A stretch of DNA of 64,000 nucleotides from Blastocystis sp. subtype 4 (lineage: Eukaryota), in contig NW_014569469.1 of assembly GCF_000743755.1 (NCBI RefSeq), positions 1 through 64,000 on the forward strand, in the 5' to 3' direction. Shown here piece by piece: positions 60,670 through 64,000 of the stretch; position 1 is the first letter of the stretch, and each line of letters starts with the position of its first letter. The position numbers and the translations under genes were made by a program. The notes under the pieces are model-generated. The model did not search any database, was not told the origin of the DNA, and saw nothing but the letters and a program-made list of their open reading frames with translations.

Positions 60670-61360
60670 ATGCCCAAAGCTCTTGTCGCCATTTCCGAAG
60701 GATCTGAAGAATTAGAAGCCATTGGTATTATTGATATACTGCGTCGAGGAAAAGTTCATGTCACTGTCGCTTCGATTGATGAATCGAAGAAAGTGAAGTG
60801 TGCCCGTGGTTGCTCACTTGTAATGAACTCTTTTATCCTAAGATTGTAGACTGCTGATGTGTTGATTGGTGATGTCAAGTCAGATACCTTTGATGCAATT
60901 GTTCTTCCCGGTGGAATGCCTGGAGCAGTATATCTTTTCTTTTCCATTGATCTGCAGGAGCATCTTCGCGATTGTCATACTCTTGTGTCCATGCTTGGAA
61001 AACAGAAGGAAGCTGGACGAATTTATGCTGCAATCTGTGCATCTCCCGCTGTTGTCTTCGCTGTATTTGTATTCTTCGCTTATTAGTATAGACACATGAT
61101 CTCCTTGATGGCTATGCTACCTGTTACCCAGTATCATATCTGTTAAATGTCGAATCATAGAGTTTCAAGGATCAGATCGAACACTTCAAGAATGAGAAAG
61201 TTGTTGTTTCTGACAATTGCAGTAGTTATTCTGACTAAATCTGATTGTAGTCACATCTCAAGGACCAGGAACAGTTATTGATTTCGCTTTGAAACTGGTC
61301 GAAGTTTTATGTGGAAAAGAAACAAGTGAAAAAGTAAGAAAAGGATTGATATACAACTAA
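60670..61360 (+). CDS. PARK7: DJ-1/ThiJ/PfpI family glyoxalase/deglycase
   Basis: GSEELEAIGIIDILRRG, FDAIVLPGGMPGA, YAAICASP (nucleophilic Cys), TSQGPGTVIDFAL. Confidence 0.92.
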
Positions 61361-61366
61361 TCATTA

Positions 61367-62515
61367 TTACGAGTACAACTCCTTTTTCACTTCACTCTTT
61401 GTTAACTACATACTAGTATAACAGAAATATCTACCTGAAAACTATTCGTCATAATTCGCATGATTACATCTTTGTTAATACCCTCTCTCTTCATTTCTTG
61501 AATACATCGATAGATCGAATTCTTATCTTCTTCATCCTTCTGGTTCATTCGTTCATTGAACTCGGTTAGTCCCTCTAAAACCAGAGTAAACTCACCTTTC
61601 TGAATGCCTGTTCGAATGAAGGTACAGGCCTAGACTCAATGCTTCTTCTCATAAGTACTTCTTGAAGCGACAGGCGTGTGATTGTCTCATGCAGTTTGGT
61701 TAATTCACGGCAGATACACACTCGTCGATCACCACCCAATGTACCTGCAAGATCATCAAGAGTCTCACAAATGCGATGACTTGACTCATACAAGATGGTT
61801 GTCGAAGGACTGGCTGCAATCGTACGAAGTCTATTTGTGGATTGATAACACGAAATCTACTGTCTGGAACGCTCACTTCCAGATCGCTTCACGAATCCCA
61901 CGAACTGAAATGGGGTGATATAGAACCCACTACACACAAGAGCAGCCAGAGCCGCACTGGGGCCGGGAACTGGTACTATGGGAATTGCTATTGGTAAGGT
62001 CACCCACTCCATGGTTACCATGTTCTATACAACTCCTCACAAGGGTAGCTCCTGGATCTGATAGAACTGGAGTACCTGCATCACTGACTAATGCAATAGA
62101 CTTTCCTAGTTATAATACCAATACAACATCGCCTTCCGTCCTTCAAGTGGGTGAGGATCATTGGGATTTTCGACCGTTCGTTCTCCTGGTTAAGTGATTC
62201 CAATTTATTAGAGATTTCCATTCTATGAAACATAAGATAAACTCTAGATACAAACCGATTCAACAGTAATCCTGTTGTCCGTGTATCTTCTGCCAGAATC
62301 ATTGAAGCAAACTGCAAAATAGTCTTTGCACGTGTTGATATATCATCTAAGCAGCCAATTGGCGTACTCACAAGATGTCTACGTATTATTGATAACCTAA
62401 ACTGTTACAGAGCTCCTGGAACGATATAGTTCACTTTAGATGTGGAGAAATGTGACTTGCAGATGACTCGACTAACAACACTAAATCGCATTTGGTTCAG
62501 TAATAGTTGGTTCAT
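61367..62515 (-). CDS. rsmI: RsmI-like SSU rRNA cytidine 2'-O-methyltransferase with presequence-like N-terminus
   Basis: LVSTPIGCLDDIS, ILAEDTRTTGLLL, ALVSDAGTPVLSDPG, VPGPSAALAAL, YESSHRI, CICRELTKLHE; N-terminus MNQLLLNQMRFSVVSRVICKSHFSTS. Confidence 0.9.
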
Positions 62516-62551
62516 AGTCAACAAATATTACACGCAACGAATAACTAGTAT

Positions 62552-64000
62552 CTACCAATGCGATAAAGAATAATTGCTTTTCAAGTATTTCATCTACAGT
62601 TAACCAATACTTATTTCCTCACTTCTTGTGGATGATAATTCCTATCCTCGTCAAATCCAGTACACTAAAGATGATACATGTCAACCGCAATTACTAAATG
62701 ATATTCATTGGAACTAAAATTGCAATTCAAAGTGGCTGACATGTCCCCTGAAGAGACTTCAGATTCTTTTTGGCTAGAAGGATTCAAAGCACCAATCATA
62801 AAGCGAAACATTGATACAGGAACACAAGCATTTGTAGGAAGAGTTTTCGATGTTAGAATACAGGTGGATTTAGGTAGAACAAGAATCTTGGCATCCTCAT
62901 GCTTTTGTGAATTATCTGGTAATACAACGAACACTTCTCGATCGGTAAAAGATACGACTTGAACAACATTTCCCTTCTCAAATGGTTTGAAGTCCTTCAA
63001 AAGTTCTACAAACATGAATGAGTCTACTAGAGTCTAGATATCAAGAACAAAAGAGATGGAACAATCCGTTTCAAAGAACCTCTGGATGTTACCATCTGGA
63101 AAGATCCCTGCTCATTCTAGGATTGCAATAATCTAACAAAACTACTAGTTCTAAGGATCTACTGAACCTGATGTTTATTAGTTTTAACACTCTTACCTCG
63201 ATTTAACGGATTTACGAATACTTTTGCACTTTTCTAGATGTGGTTTGTCTTCGGGAGACTCTGATGGAGTCGATGTTTGTGGACTCATTCCTTGTTGTTG
63301 CACATATGAAGAAGGAACCCATCCAATCTAAGAAATAATCATCTTTCCACAAACGAACCTTGTTATGGGATGAACATAAAATCCAATCATCTGTAATGTT
63401 TCCATCATGCCAAGAGATAATTTCATTAGCATTTACAGAGAGTTGGTTGTAATCAATCGCTTTAAAGTTATACAACACCTATATTGATTAATTGCAGCGG
63501 CAGTAAACGAAATACACGTAACTTTCCTTTAACAGGTAACATTATTAGTATAACAAACACCCTGGGAATCCTTATCGATGTATTTCTGTAATGGACCAAA
63601 TGTGAAGTAGTCCTGCCCGTGTTCCTAGTGCTGAATATCGTGTCTGGTAAGTACCTGTATACAGAATGTTGTTTTGGAAGTTGTACATGATCCCACTCAC
63701 ATCTTCAAGGGCATAATTGTCAGAAGGATAAATACTCCGACTATCTCGGTTGAAGTACTGTTCACCTGTCAGTAGGTCAAATATATCTATCTTTCCTGTT
63801 CGGATCCTATCGCAATAATAACAGACGAGAATGTCTTGATCGGAAGAAATGTAGGCTATGTTATCATACGTGTTATCAGCGTATTTTGAATTCTTTTGCA
63901 GACTATTGTTAAAGCAGAGAGAGGAAGCAACGAGTTAATTCTTTTCAAAAGAGAATTGTAAATATCAATCGTTGCTTTTGAGAAGACCAGAAATAACCCC
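62552..64000 (-). CDS. SH3-domain-containing protein, 5' part outside the window; 3' end approximate
   Basis: VLYNFKAIDYNQLSVNANEII...DDWILC...IGWVPSSYV. Confidence 0.6.

Noticed and set aside
1..64000. Alternative genetic code, or a prokaryotic operon/defence island, to explain fragmented ORFs
   Set aside because: Fragmentation is explained by ~30-nt spliceosomal introns; TAA, TAG and TGA all terminate genes; the genes are unrelated eukaryotic functions

Overview
Very gene-dense, AT-rich eukaryotic DNA with about 37 protein-coding genes broken by many ~30-nt GT-AG introns and intergenic gaps of often under 100 nt. Gene ends are repeatedly followed by TGTTTGTT, and several genes lack an in-place stop codon, ending in T or TA exactly 4 nt before that motif. 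This matches the polyadenylation-created UAA stops known from the anaerobic gut stramenopile Blastocystis, so that is the inferred organism. The ORF track shows only exon fragments; gene spans below were hand-spliced and internal exon boundaries are not listed. Most genes are housekeeping (PPIB, LIG1, DYM, NOMO, MAF1, STI1, VPS39, SmD3, TOP1, CSL4, NDC80, WASHC5, NPRL2, CWC25, DJ-1). Highlights: a tandem cathepsin Z whose first domain has catalytic Cys->Ser plus loss of the pro-peptide Cys; an NCS/EF-hand-PIP5K fusion; a RING-MORN-LRR-like protein; presequence-bearing ADP-forming acyl-CoA synthetase and RsmI; a likely TSET medium subunit; a double GILT with parallel frameshifts; and start codons lying a few nt after the upstream gene's poly(A) signal. 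No rRNA, tRNA, CRISPR or mobile element was recognised.
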